Shown: positions 9,767 to 20,900 of the stretch, piece after piece
Layout: every line of letters begins with the position of its first letter
Numbering within the stretch: position 1 is the first letter of the stretch
NCBI GenBank assembly: GCA_965200215.1
Contig: OZ241369.1
Span: forward strand, 1,754 to 65,753
Origin: Alphaproteobacteria bacterium
GTDB lineage: Bacteria > Pseudomonadota > Alphaproteobacteria > SP197
Reading direction: 5' to 3'
DNA: 64,000 bases
The notes under the pieces: model-generated
Databases searched by the model: none
What the model saw: only the letters and a program-made list of their open reading frames with translations
Told to the model about the DNA's origin: nothing
Translations under genes and position numbers: made by a program

Positions 9767-10609
9767 TCAATCCCGCAACAGCTCGTTGATCGAGGTCTTG
9801 GCCCGGGTCCCCTCGTCCACGCGCTTGATGATCACGGCGCAGGCCAGCGAAGGCTCGCCCGCCCTGCGGGGCGGCAGGGCGCCGGGCACCACCACCGAGA
9901 AGGCCGGCACCCGCCCGCGATGCACCTCGCCCGTGGCCCGGTCCACGATCCTGGTGGAGGCGCCGATGAACACCCCCATCGAGAGGACGGCCCCGCGCTC
10001 CACCACCACCCCTTCCACCACCTCGCTGCGGGCGCCGATGAAGCAGCCGTCCTCCACGATCACCGGCGCCGCCTGCAACGGCTCCAGCACGCCGCCCAGC
10101 CCGGCGCCGCCGGAGATGTGGCAGTTCTCGCCCACCTGGGCGCAGCTTCCCACCGTCGCCCAGCTGTCGATCATGCTGCCGGCCCCGACATGGCCGCCGA
10201 TATTGACGAAACAGGGCATCAGCACCACCCCCGGCGCGATATAGGCGCCGCGCCGCACGATGGCGTGAGGCACGGCGCGAAAGCCGGCGGCCGCGAAGCG
10301 GGTCTCGTCCCAGCCCTCGAATTTGTTGTCCACCTTGTCGAACCAGCCGGCCCGGTTGCCGGGCGCGCCGGGGATCACCCTGGTCGGCGTGAGCCGGAAG
10401 GAGAGCAGCACCGCCTTCTTCAGCCACGGGTTGAGCGTCCAGCCCGTCCCGGCGGGCTCGGCGACGCGCCGCCGCCCGCTGTCGAGCAGTTCCAGGGCCT
10501 CGCCGACCGCCTCGCGGGCAGGGCCTCCGCTCTGCGGGGTCAGGCTTTCGCGCGCTTCCCAGGCATCGTCGATGGCCGCTTCGAGGTCGCGATGAGGATG
10601 GTCGGGCAT
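9767..10609 (-). CDS. dapD: 2,3,4,5-tetrahydropyridine-2,6-dicarboxylate N-succinyltransferase.
   Basis: [17 protein letters not shown] start and left-handed beta-helix hexapeptide repeats; typical alphaproteobacterial DapD length of 280 aa. Confidence 0.88.
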   Translation of the reverse strand: MPDHPHRDLEAAIDDAWEARESLTPQSGGPAREAVGEALELLDSGRRRVAEPAGTGWTLNPWLKKAVLLSFRLTPTRVIPGAPGNRAGWFDKVDNKFEGWDETRFAAAGFRAVPHAIVRRGAYIAPGVVLMPCFVNIGGHVGAGSMIDSWATVGSCAQVGENCHISGGAGLGGVLEPLQAAPVIVEDGCFIGARSEVVEGVVVERGAVLSMGVFIGASTRIVDRATGEVHRGRVPAFSVVVPGALPPRRAGEPSLACAVIIKRVDEGTRAKTSINELLRD

Positions 10610-10621
10610 GGCTGTCTCGCG

Positions 10622-10835
10622 CGCTGACTCACCGCCCGGCGGATAACACCCCCACCCCCCCCTGGCAACGCCCCCAGGCACCGCCGCCAGCCACACGCCC
10701 CCTGGGAGCGCCGGCGTCCCGCCGGCAACGGGCCGGAGGCCCGTCAACGCACCACCTGCCCACCGCCAGGCACCACCCCCACCCCCCGCTCTCACTAACC
10801 ACTAGCCACCGGCCACTGACCACCGGCCACCCACA
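10622..10835 (+). repeat. Dispersed intergenic repeat copy, + orientation.
   Basis: CCCTGGGAGCGCCGGCGTCCCGCCGGCAACGGGCCGGAGGCCCGTCAACGCACC plus CCGCTCTCACTAACCACTAGCCACCGGCCACTGACCAC. Confidence 0.8.
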
Positions 10836-10893
10836 CGCTTGGCCACCCGCCCCCCATACGCTAAGGTGGCGAACGAGACCGGCGGAAACCGTC

Positions 10894-11262
10894 ATGCCGA
10901 AGATCAACCCCCTCGTCACCCTGTTCCTCGCCATCGCGGCCATCAACGTCGGCCTGTTCGGCTGGCAGCGGGCCGACATGACCGCCCTGGAAACCCGCAT
11001 CGAGGCGCGCTTCGCCGCCCTGGAGATCCGCATCGAGGAACGCTTCAACCGCATCGAAGCCGGACAGACGGAGTTGCGCGAGCGCATGGCCCGCATCGAG
11101 GCCGGACAGACGGAGTTGCGCGAGCGCACGGCCCGCATCGAGGCCGGGCAGTCGGAGCTGCGCGAGCGCATGGCGCGCATCGAAGGCACGGTTGCCGGCG
11201 CCCTGGCCCGCCCCGACCGCCTGGCCCAGGCGCCCACCGAAGAAGCCGAAGCCGCCAACTGA
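10894..11262 (+). CDS. Small N-terminally membrane-anchored coiled-coil protein with tandem RIEAGQxELRER repeats. Paralog of 45751..46107.
   Basis: TM helix (VTLFLAIAAINVGLFGW) followed by three RIEAGQ(T/S)ELRER(M/T)A repeats. About 90% identical to the ORF at 45751. Shares an LRERMARIEG motif with the ORF at 22519. Confidence 0.6.
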   Translation: MPKINPLVTLFLAIAAINVGLFGWQRADMTALETRIEARFAALEIRIEERFNRIEAGQTELRERMARIEAGQTELRERTARIEAGQSELRERMARIEGTVAGALARPDRLAQAPTEEAEAAN

Positions 11263-11264
11263 AA

Positions 11265-11445
11265 GGCGCCCCCCCCAGGACCGACCGAGCGTCACGCCTC
11301 CTGGGAGCGCCGGCGTCCCGCCGGCAAACGGGCCGCAGGCCCGCCAACGCACCGTCCGCCCGCCGCCAGGCACCGCCTCTGCCACCGCCCCATGCCGGCG
11401 CTTCCAGGCCGCGGCTGGCGGCGAGAGTGTCGCCCCGGCGCGACC
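11265..11445 (+). repeat. Dispersed intergenic repeat copy, + orientation.
   Basis: CCTGGGAGCGCCGGCGTCCCGCCGGCAAACGGGCCGCAGGCCCGCCAACGCACC. Confidence 0.75.
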
Positions 11446-11447
11446 CG

Positions 11448-11753
11448 CTACGACGGCAGCAACCTGTCGGCGGCGAGGATGGCGAAGACCACCCCGACCA
11501 GCGCCAGATAGATGCGCGCCTCCTGCCGCGCCATGGCGGCGGTGAGGCGGCCTTCGAGGTGAGCGAGGTCGGCTTTGGTGGCGAAGTCCTTGATGTCCGC
11601 CTTGGTGGCCAGCTCACCATGGCCGGTGACGGCCGCCTGCGCTGTCACCTCGGCGACGGCCTCCGCCTGGCGCCGCTCCATGCCGGCCGCTTCCAGATCG
11701 CGGGTGGCGGCGAGGGTGTCGAAGGCGGCAATGGTCATTGGCGATGGCTCCAT
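11448..11753 (-). CDS. DUF1640-like small coiled-coil protein with a C-terminal TM anchor.
   Basis: AFDTL...AGMERRQAEAVAEV...LATKADIKDFATKADLAHLEGRL then the hydrophobic tail YLALVGVVFAILAA. Paralog of 23275..23568. Confidence 0.6.
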   Translation of the reverse strand: MEPSPMTIAAFDTLAATRDLEAAGMERRQAEAVAEVTAQAAVTGHGELATKADIKDFATKADLAHLEGRLTAAMARQEARIYLALVGVVFAILAADRLLPS

Positions 11754-11759
11754 GCAAGG

Positions 11760-11989
11760 CGGTCACGACAGCTTGCCCCGTGGCAGCAGCGCAAGCAAGC
11801 CGAAAACAAGACCACTTCCCCCGCCACCCACCACCCGGTGCCCCTGGCACACTACCCGCCACACGCCCCCTGGGAGCGCCGGCGTCCCGCCGGCAACGGG
11901 CCGCAAGGCCCGCCAACGCACCACACGCCCGCCGCCAGGCACCACCACCATTCCCCGCTCTCACTAACCACTAGCCACTGGCTACTGGC
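11760..11989 (+). repeat. Dispersed intergenic repeat copy, + orientation.
   Basis: CCCTGGGAGCGCCGGCGTCCCGCCGGCAACGGGCCGCAAGGCCCGCCAACGCACC plus CTCACTAACCACTAGCCACTGGCTACTGGC. Confidence 0.75.
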
Positions 11990-14900
11990 TTACCAGCTCA
12001 TACGCAGTTCCAGGCCCAGTCCGTGGCTCACAGCGGGGTGTTCGCTGCGGGTGGCTTCGATCTTCAGGCCCAGGGCGGTGCCCAGCGCCAGGCGCTGGCC
12101 CAGGCTGTAGCGGCGCTCGTCGCCGCCCAGGGCCAGGCCGCCATAGGGCGTCAGCGTGCCGGCCTCGCCCCAGGCCGCCAGGCCGTAGCCCAACTCGCCC
12201 TCCAGGCGACCGCCGCCCTCGCCGCCGACGCCGTCGCGCGAGGCCATGCCTTCCTCCCACAGCCGCGCAAGCCCGCTGCCGGAAGCGCCCCAGGCCGGCG
12301 ACAGCGACAGCGACAGGCCGCGCCCGTCGCCGCCCGCGTCCATATGCAGGCTGCCGGACGCGCCCCATTCCTCCACATCGCTGCCATGCGCCACCAGGCT
12401 GCGACCCGATACCGACGCCGACAGCCCGGCCGCGGCGTCCGACCAGGCCAGCCCGCCGCCCAGTTCCACGCCCACGCCGGTGGCGCCGTCGCCATCGTCC
12501 CAGCGCAGACCCGCCTCCAGCGACGGCTCCAGCAGACGACCGCCCCGCAGCGCCCAGTTCCAGCTGCCCACCGTCGCCAGCCGCACCCGCCGCGTCGAGA
12601 CGCTCACCCCGGCAATCGCCTCGCCGTTGTCGGCCAGCACATAGCGGGTCGCCTCCGCAGAGGCACGCATCTCCACGGCGGAATCCCCGTCGCCATAGAC
12701 CGGCACCGCACCGCCCAACGCGCCGGCCACAAGCCGCCCGTCGCTCTCCTGCCACTCATAGCGGTCGAAGATGCCCGTGTCGGCGATCCGGACCTCGCCA
12801 TGGCCGTAGCCCAGCGCCGCCCACAGACGCTCGCCGCCGCCACCCGACCAGCCCAGATAGGGATGCACCGCCACCATCCGATGCTCGTGGTCGCCCTCGA
12901 TGGCCCCCGCGTCCTCGTCGCTGCGGTCCGTGTAGTCGATGGCGCTCTCGAAGCGCGAGACCGCCACGCCGCCCATGACGCCGCCGCCCAGGGCCACATC
13001 CGCCCCCACATGGGCGGAAAACAGCTTCCCGGACCACGACAGCAGGCCGTCCTCGCGCGACAGGTCGCGCCAGTCGCCGCCGCCCCACATCACCACCGCC
13101 GAGCCGCCGCCGCCGGAACCGTCCTCGCCCTCGCCGCCCAGGGCCAGCGCGAAGCTCTCGCCGCCCACCAGCTCGCGCCACGAACCCTCGCCGTCCTCCA
13201 GGGCCTCGCCCTTCGAGCGCAGAAAGTCCGCCGCAGCCGCAAGGCCCTGCTCCATCGCGCCGCCCCCCGAACCGCCGCCGCCGGGGGCTCCCAGGCGGGC
13301 GCCGATGGCGTCCAGCGCGCTGCCCCACATGGCACGCGACAACTCCGGCAGAACCGAGCGGTTCACCGCCGCCAGACGCTCGCGAGCCGCAGCCAGCGCC
13401 GGGACCACCTCGATGGTGAACTCCAGCGTCACAGGCTGGCCATCGACGTCGGTCGCCGTCCAGGTGTAGCGCGTGACCGCCATCTCCGCCGTCGGCGCCC
13501 CCGACAACCGATCACCACCCTCGTCGCACTCGAAGCCCTCGCACATGACACCGTCCGGAAGCGCCGGCGACAGCGCGTATATGAACGGCGCGTCGCCCGT
13601 CGCCGCCGGCAGCGTCTCCGGGGCGATCTCCTCGCCCACCGTCCAGGAAAGCGCCTCCGGGAAGTCCACCGCGAAGGACGGCGCCGTGTCCGCGTAGCCC
13701 ACCGCAAACGGCGAGAACGACATCACCCTGTCCGCGCACACCTGCGCGCCCTCGTCTCTCGATCCCTCCACCCGTTCCCCGCGACGCAACAGGAGCAGCG
13801 TCCGGCCCTTTGCCGCCTCGCGCACATCTGGGGTCACCGGCAGGCACAGCCGCAGGCCACCCGGCGGCACGGGAGAAACCGCGATATTCATCACCACCCG
13901 CGCCGCTGCCGGCCCCAGGCTGTGTTCGCTTCCCGCCGCCTCCGCCGCCCGGTCCTCAGGCCACGGCGAGAACGTCAGCGCCAGCTCCGGACCCGGCCCC
14001 ACACCCCTCAGATCGACCTCGATCCTCGTCGTCACCCCGGAGGCCACCGTCAACCCGGGGGCCACCGTCACCTTCACCAGCCGGTCCTCGACGCGGTAGC
14101 TCGTCGTGCCCGCATCGGCGGCCACCGCGATCCGGGTCGCCCCCGCCACCGACGCCGCGACATCCAGGCTCGCGGATACCCCTCCGTAATCGCCGCCCGA
14201 TGCCCGGTGCATCACCGACAGCGCCGCCGCGTAGCCGTCCGCCCCCACCGACGACCCCACCGTCACCGTCACCGCCTGCGCCCGGTTCCAATCCGCCATC
14301 GTGAAGGTCAGCGACGAAGGCGCGGCCCGCACATCGCCCGCCGCCGCGACCGTCACCGTCACCGGCCCCGTGGGCTGCGAGTTCAGCGCCACCGTGTAGC
14401 TCGCAGCTCGCGACCCCGACGCCACCTCCACCACGCTGGCGGTCGTGCCGGCGGCGAGGAACAGCAACCCCTTCTCGTCGTCGTCCACGATGGTCAGCTT
14501 CGCGTCGTCGTCGTCCACGTCCACGATCTCGTTGTTCATCGTGGCCTGGGCGTTCACCGCCGTCCCGGAGACCGTCACCGTCTTGTTATCCGCGTCCACG
14601 GCGTTGTTCACCGCCGTCACCGTCACCAGGCCGGTGCTGGTGGTCTCCCCCGCCGCGATGGTCAGCGTCGCCGCCGCGCTCAGCGTGAAGTCCCCCGCCA
14701 CCGCAGGGGCGACCGGCGCCGCCGTCACCGTCACCACCGTCTCCGCAACCGACGGGTGCTCCTTCACCGCCGTCACCGTCGCCACACCGCCATCCTCCGA
14801 GATCGAGGAAGGCGCCAGCGCCAGCGTCACCTCCGGCGGCTCGTCGTCGGTCGTGGTCCCGTTCACGTCCACGGGGTCGAGGCTGTCGTAGTCGGCATCG

Positions 14901-17900
14901 CCGCTCGACGGGGCCAGGCGCACCCGCCAAGGCTGGGGGCCATCGTGGAGGTTGTCCTTCACCCCCGTCACCGTCACCGTCTGCGCCGTCTCCCAGTTCC
15001 CCGTCGTGAACACCAGCGACGAAGGCGCGACCGTCCCCTCGCTCGTATCCAGGCTGGTCACCGCCACCGTCACCGCCGCCGAAGGCTGCGTCTGCAACGC
15101 CACCGTGAAGGTGGCCTGCCCCCCCGCCTCCGTCGCCTGGCCGCTCACCGCGCTCTCGGACAGACCGAACTCGTCGTCGCGGATGGTAAGCGTCGCGTTG
15201 GAAGGCGCCGCCACCCCCCGGCCCCCCGCCGCCGTCGCCGACACCGTCACCCGCTTGCGCCCCTCCGCAGCGGTGTTGTCCACCGAGGTGATCGTCACCA
15301 CGCCGGCGCTGGTCGTCGCCCCCGCCGCGATGGTCAGCGTGTTGGTCGAACTCAGCGTGAAGTCCCCCGCCACCGCCGGGGAGACCGGCGCCGCCGACAC
15401 CGTCAGCGTCGTCGCCACCGTCGTCGGGTGCGACAGCACCGCCGTCACCGTGCTCACCTCCCCGTTCTCCAGGATCGCCGCCGGGGCCAGCGCCAGCGTC
15501 GCCGTCGCCGTCGCCTCGTCGTCGGTCAGCGTCAGCGTCACGGCGGAAGGCGCCGCAACCCCGTTGCCGCCGGTCGCCGTCGCCGAGACCGTCACGCTCT
15601 TGTTCGCCGCGTCCACGGCGTTGTCGTTGCCCCGCACCGTCACCGCCCCGGTGCTGGTGGTCGCCCCCGCCGCGATGGTCAGGGTCGCCGCCGTGCTCAG
15701 CGTGAAGTCGCCCGCCACCGCCCCCGTCGAGGCCACCGCCGCCACCGTCAGCGTCGTCGCCACCGTCGTCGGATGCGACAGCGTCGCCCTCACCGTGCTC
15801 ACGCCGCCGTTCTCCGAGATCGAGGCCGGCCCCAGCGCCAGCGCCGCCGTCGGCAGCGCGTCGTCGTCGGCGAGCGTCAGCGACGCCCCCGTCACCGCCC
15901 CCGCCCCCTGGCCGTTGGTCAGCGCCGCCGTCACCGTCACGCTGCGACCCGCGCTGCCCTGATAGACGTCGTCGTCCACCGCCGTCACCAGCGCCGTATC
16001 CGAGGCCGCCGTGGTGGCGCCCGCCGCGATGACGATGGTCGCGTCCGTCCCCGCCGCGTAGGCACCGGCAACCGCCTGAACCGTCACCGTCGAGGGCTCC
16101 GACGACAGGCCCGACAGCGTCGCCGTCACCGTCGCGACGCCGCCGTTCTCGGAAACCGACGCCGGCATCACCGAAAGCGTCGCCCCCGGCGCCGCCTCGT
16201 CGTCCTCCAGCGTCAGCGTCGCGCCCGTCACCGTCATGGTCCGGCTGTCGGCCGCCGCCCGGGCGTTGGTCACCGTCGCCGTCACCGTCGCCGTCCGGTT
16301 CGGCTCGTCGGTCGTGTTGTCCACCGCCGTCACCAGCACCGTGTCCGTGGGCGCCGCCGTCGCCTCCGCCGGGATGACGATGGTGGCGTCCGTCCCCACC
16401 GTGAACGACCCGGAGGCCGCGCCCACCGTCAGCGTCGTCGCCGCCCCCGACCCATGCGAAAGCCGCGCCGTCACCGTCGCCACGCCGCCCATCTCCGCCA
16501 CCGAAGACGGCGACAGCGCCATCGTCACCCCCGGCGCCCCGTCGTCGTCGGTGGTGGTCACGTCCTGGTCCACCTCCACGCTGTCGCCGTTGTAGTTGGG
16601 GTCGCTGCTCGACGGGTCCAGGCGCACCTGCCAGGTCACCGTCCCGTCGTCGATCGTGTCCTGAACCCCCGTCACCGTCACCGTCTGCGGCGTGCTGTAA
16701 GCCCCCGGCGCGAAGGTCAGCGCCGGCGGCGACACCGTCCCCTCGCTCGCATCCCGGCTCGTCACCGCCACCGTCACCGCCGCCGTCGGCACCGTGTTCA
16801 GCCGCACCGTGAAGGTGGACGTCCCGCCCGCCTCCGTCGCCTGGCCGCTCACCGCGCTCTCCGACAGCCCGAACTCGTCGTCGCGCAGGATCAGCGTCGC
16901 GTTGGACGGGTTCTCCACCCCCCGGCCCCCCGCCGCCGTCGCCGACACCGTCACCTGCTTGTTCCCCGTGGCCACGGCGTTGTCCACCGCCGTCACCGTC
17001 ACCACGCCGGTGCTGGTGGTGGCGTTGGCCGCGATGGTCAGCGTCGTCGTCGAACTCAGGCTGAAGTCCGCCGCCACCGCGCCGGTCCCCGCCGCCGCCG
17101 CCACCGTCAGCGTCGCCGCCTCGGTGGTCGGATGCGACAGCCGCGCCGTCACCGTGCTCACCCCGCCGTTCTCCGTAATCGTCGACGGATCCAGCACCAG
17201 ACTCGCCGTCGCGTCGTCGTCGTTGGTCAGCGTCAGCACGGTGAGCCCCGGGTTCTGTACGCCGTTGCCGCCCGTCGCCGTCGCCGAAAGCCGCAACAGC
17301 TTGTCGGCCGCGTCCACGTTGTTGTCGACGCCCGTCACCGTCACCAGCCCCGTGCTGGTCCGCGAACCCGCCGCGACGGTCAGCGTCGTCCCCGACTGCG
17401 TGAAGTCGCCCGCCACCGCGCCCGACGTCGCCACCGCCGTCACCGTCACCGTCACCGTCACCGCCTCGCTCGACTTGCCCGAAAGCCCCGCCAGCTGCGC
17501 CGTTATCGTGGCGATGCCGCCGTTCTCCGAGATCGAACTGGCAAGGGGGTCGATCAACAGCGACGCCGTCGGCAGGTTCTCGTCGTCGGTGATCGTCAGC
17601 GACGCCCCCGTCACCGAACCCGCCCCCTGGCCGTTGGTCAGCGTCCCCGTCACCGTCGCCGAACGCCCCGCGTTGCCATGGTGGAGGTCGTCGTCCACCA
17701 CCACGATCAGCGCCGTATCCGAGGCCGCCGTGGTGGCGCCCGCCGCGATGACGATGGTCGCGTCCGCCCCCGCCGTATAGGCGCCGGAGACCGCCGTCAC
17801 CGTCACCGTCGAGGGCTCCGACGACGGATGCGACAGCGTCGCCGTCACCGTCGAGACGCCGCTGGGCTCCGCGATCGACGCCGGGTTCACCGCCAGCGTC

Positions 17901-20900
17901 ACCCCCGGCCCCGCGTCGTCGTCGGCGATCGCCAGCGTCACGTCGGGCGGGTCGTTGGTCAGGTTGAGGCTGTCGGCAGCCGTTCCCGAGACCGTCACCG
18001 ACTTGTCCGGCGCGTCCGTGGTGTTGTTCACCGCCGTCACCGTCACCAGCCCCGCGCTGGTGGTCGCGTTGGCCGCGAAGGTCAGCGTCCTCGCCGTGCT
18101 CAGGCTGAAGTCCCCCGCCACCGCGCCGGTCCCCGCCGCCGCCGCAACCGTCACCGTCACCGCCACGCTCGAGGTCCGGTCCAGCGTCGCCGTCACCGTC
18201 GCCACACCGCCGTTCTCCGCGATCGACGCCGGGTCCAGCGCCAGCGTCGTCTGCGGCGTGTCGTCGTCGGTGATGGTCAGCGTCCGGTTGGCCGGGTTCG
18301 CCACGCTGTTGCCGCCGGCCGCCGTCCCCGAGACCGTCACCTGTATGCTGCCCGTGGTCCCCGTATCGTCCACCGCCGTCACCGTCACCACACCGGCGCT
18401 GGTCGTCGCGCCCGCCGCGATGGTCAGCGTCGCCGCCGTGCTCAGGCTGAAGTCCGCCGCCGTCGCGCCCGTCCCCGCCGCCGCCCCAACCGTCACCGTC
18501 ACCGCCTCGCTCGACTTGCCCGACAACCCCGCCGTCACCGTGCTCACGCCGCCGTTCTCCGAGATCGAGGTGGAAGACAGCGCCAGACTCAACGTCGGCA
18601 GCGTCTCGTCGTCGGTCAGCGTCAGCGACCCACCCGTCACCGCCCCCGCGCCCTGGCCGTTGGTCAGCGCCGCCGCCACCGTCACCGAACGCCCCGCGCT
18701 CCCCTGGTGAATGTCGTCGTCCACCGCCGTCACCGTCGTCGTATCCGTGGTCACCGTGAAGCCCGCCGCGACGGTGAGCGTCGCGTTCGCAGCCACCGTG
18801 TAATCCCCCACAACCGCCGTCACCGTCACCGTCGAAGGCTCCGACGACGGGCGCGACAGCACCACCGCCACCGACGCCACGCCCCCGTTCTCCGAAACCG
18901 AAGACGGAGCCAGGAACAGCACCGCACCCGTCGCCGGGTCGTCGTCGGTGATCGCCAGCGTCGCGCCCGTCACCGCCATGGTCGTCGAATCCGCCGCCGC
19001 CCGGTCGTTCGTCACCGCCGCCGTCACCGTCGCCGTCCGGTCCGGCGCGTCGGTCACATTGTCCACCGCCGTCACCAGCACCGTGTCGGAAGCCGCCGTC
19101 GTCTCGCCCGCCGCGATGACGATGGTCGCGTCCGTCCCCACCGTGAAGGCCCCCGTCACCGCCGCCACCGTCAGCGTCGTCGCCGCCCCCGACCCATGCG
19201 AAAGCCGCGCCGTCACCGTCGAAACACCGCCCATCTCCGAAACCGAAGACGGGTCCAGGGCCAGCGTCACACCCGGCGGCCCGTCGCCGTCGGTGGTCGT
19301 CACGTCCACATCCACATTGGCGAGGCCGTTGTAGTCGATATCCCCGCTCGCCGGGTCCAGGCGCACCTGCCACGTCACGTCCGCGTCGTCGGTCGAGTCC
19401 TGGACGCCCGTCGCCGTCACCGTCTGCGCCGTGTCCCAGCCCCCCGCCCCCGTCGCCGTCGTGAACGTCAGCAACGAAGGATCCACCGTCCCCTCGCTCG
19501 TATCCAGGCTCGCGACCGCCACCGTCACCGCCGCCGAAGGCTCCGTGTTCAACCGCACCGTGAACGTGGCCTGCCCGCCCGTCTCCGTCACCGTCCCGCT
19601 CACCGCGCCCACGGCCAGCCCGAATTCATCGTCGCGCAGGATCAGCGTCGCGTCGGCCGGGGCCGCCAACATGCCCCCCCCCGCCGCCGTCGCCGAAACC
19701 GTCACCCGCTTGCGCCCCTGCGCATTGTTGTTGTCCACCGCCGTCACCGTCACCAGCCCCGTGCTGGTCGTGTCGCCGGCCGCGATGGTCAGCGTCGTGG
19801 TCGAACTCAGGCTGAAGTCCGCCGCCACCGCCGGCGACACCGGCGCCGCCGTCACCGTCAGCGTCGCCGCCGCCGTCGTCGGGTTCGACAGCCGCGCCGT
19901 CACCGTGCTCACCTCGCCGTTCTCCAGGATCGAGGCCGGGTCCAGCACCAGCGTCGCCGTCGCGTCGTCGTCGTCGGTCAGCGTCAGCGTCGCGTCCGGC
20001 GGGTCCGCCACGCCGGTGCCCCCCGCCGACGTCCCCGTAATCGTCACCGTCTTGGTCGCGGTCCCGATGTCCACGTTGTTGTCCACGCCCGTCACCGTCA
20101 CCAGCCCCGTGCTGGTCGTCGCCCGCGCCGCGATCGTCAGCGTTGTCCCCGTCAGCGTGAAATCGCCCGCCACCGCCCCCGTCGAGGCCACCGCCGCCGC
20201 CGCCACCGTCACCGTCACCGCCTCGCCCGACTTGCCCGACAGCGTCGCCGTCACCGTGCTCACCCCGCCGTTCTCCGAGATCGTGTCCGCCGACATCGGG
20301 TCCGGCTCCGACAGCGCCAGCGCCACCGTCGGCAGAATCGTCTCGTCGTCGGTGCGCGTCAGCGTCGCGTCCGCCGGGTTCGGCACGCCGTTGCCCCCGG
20401 CCACCGTCCCCGAAATCGTCACCCTGCTGCCCGCGCTCCCCTGATAGGCGTCGTCGTCCACCGACGTCACCGTCACCACGCCCGTGCTCGTCGTCGCGTT
20501 CGCCGCGATCGTCAGCGTCGTCCCCGCCTGCGTGAAGTCGCCCGCCGCCGCGCCGGTCCCCGCCGCCGCCGCCACCGTCACCGTCGCCGCCTCCGTCGTC
20601 GGATACGACAGCGTCGCCGTCACCGTCGAAAGGCCGCCGTTCTCCGCCACCGTCGCCGGGTCCGGCACCAGCGTCACCGCCAGCACGTCGTCTTCGGTAA
20701 TCGTCAGGGTGGCGCTCAGGTCGGCGAGCCGCCGCCCGACCGGGGCCGTGGTCCGCACGGCAGCCGGGGCCGTCCGGACCGTCACCGACTTGCTGAACGG
20801 CCTGTGAACCATGTTGTCCACCGCCGTGATCGTCACCAGCCCCGTGTTGACCGTCGCCCCCGCCGGGATGATCACTCCCGGCTGCGACAGCGTGAAGTCC

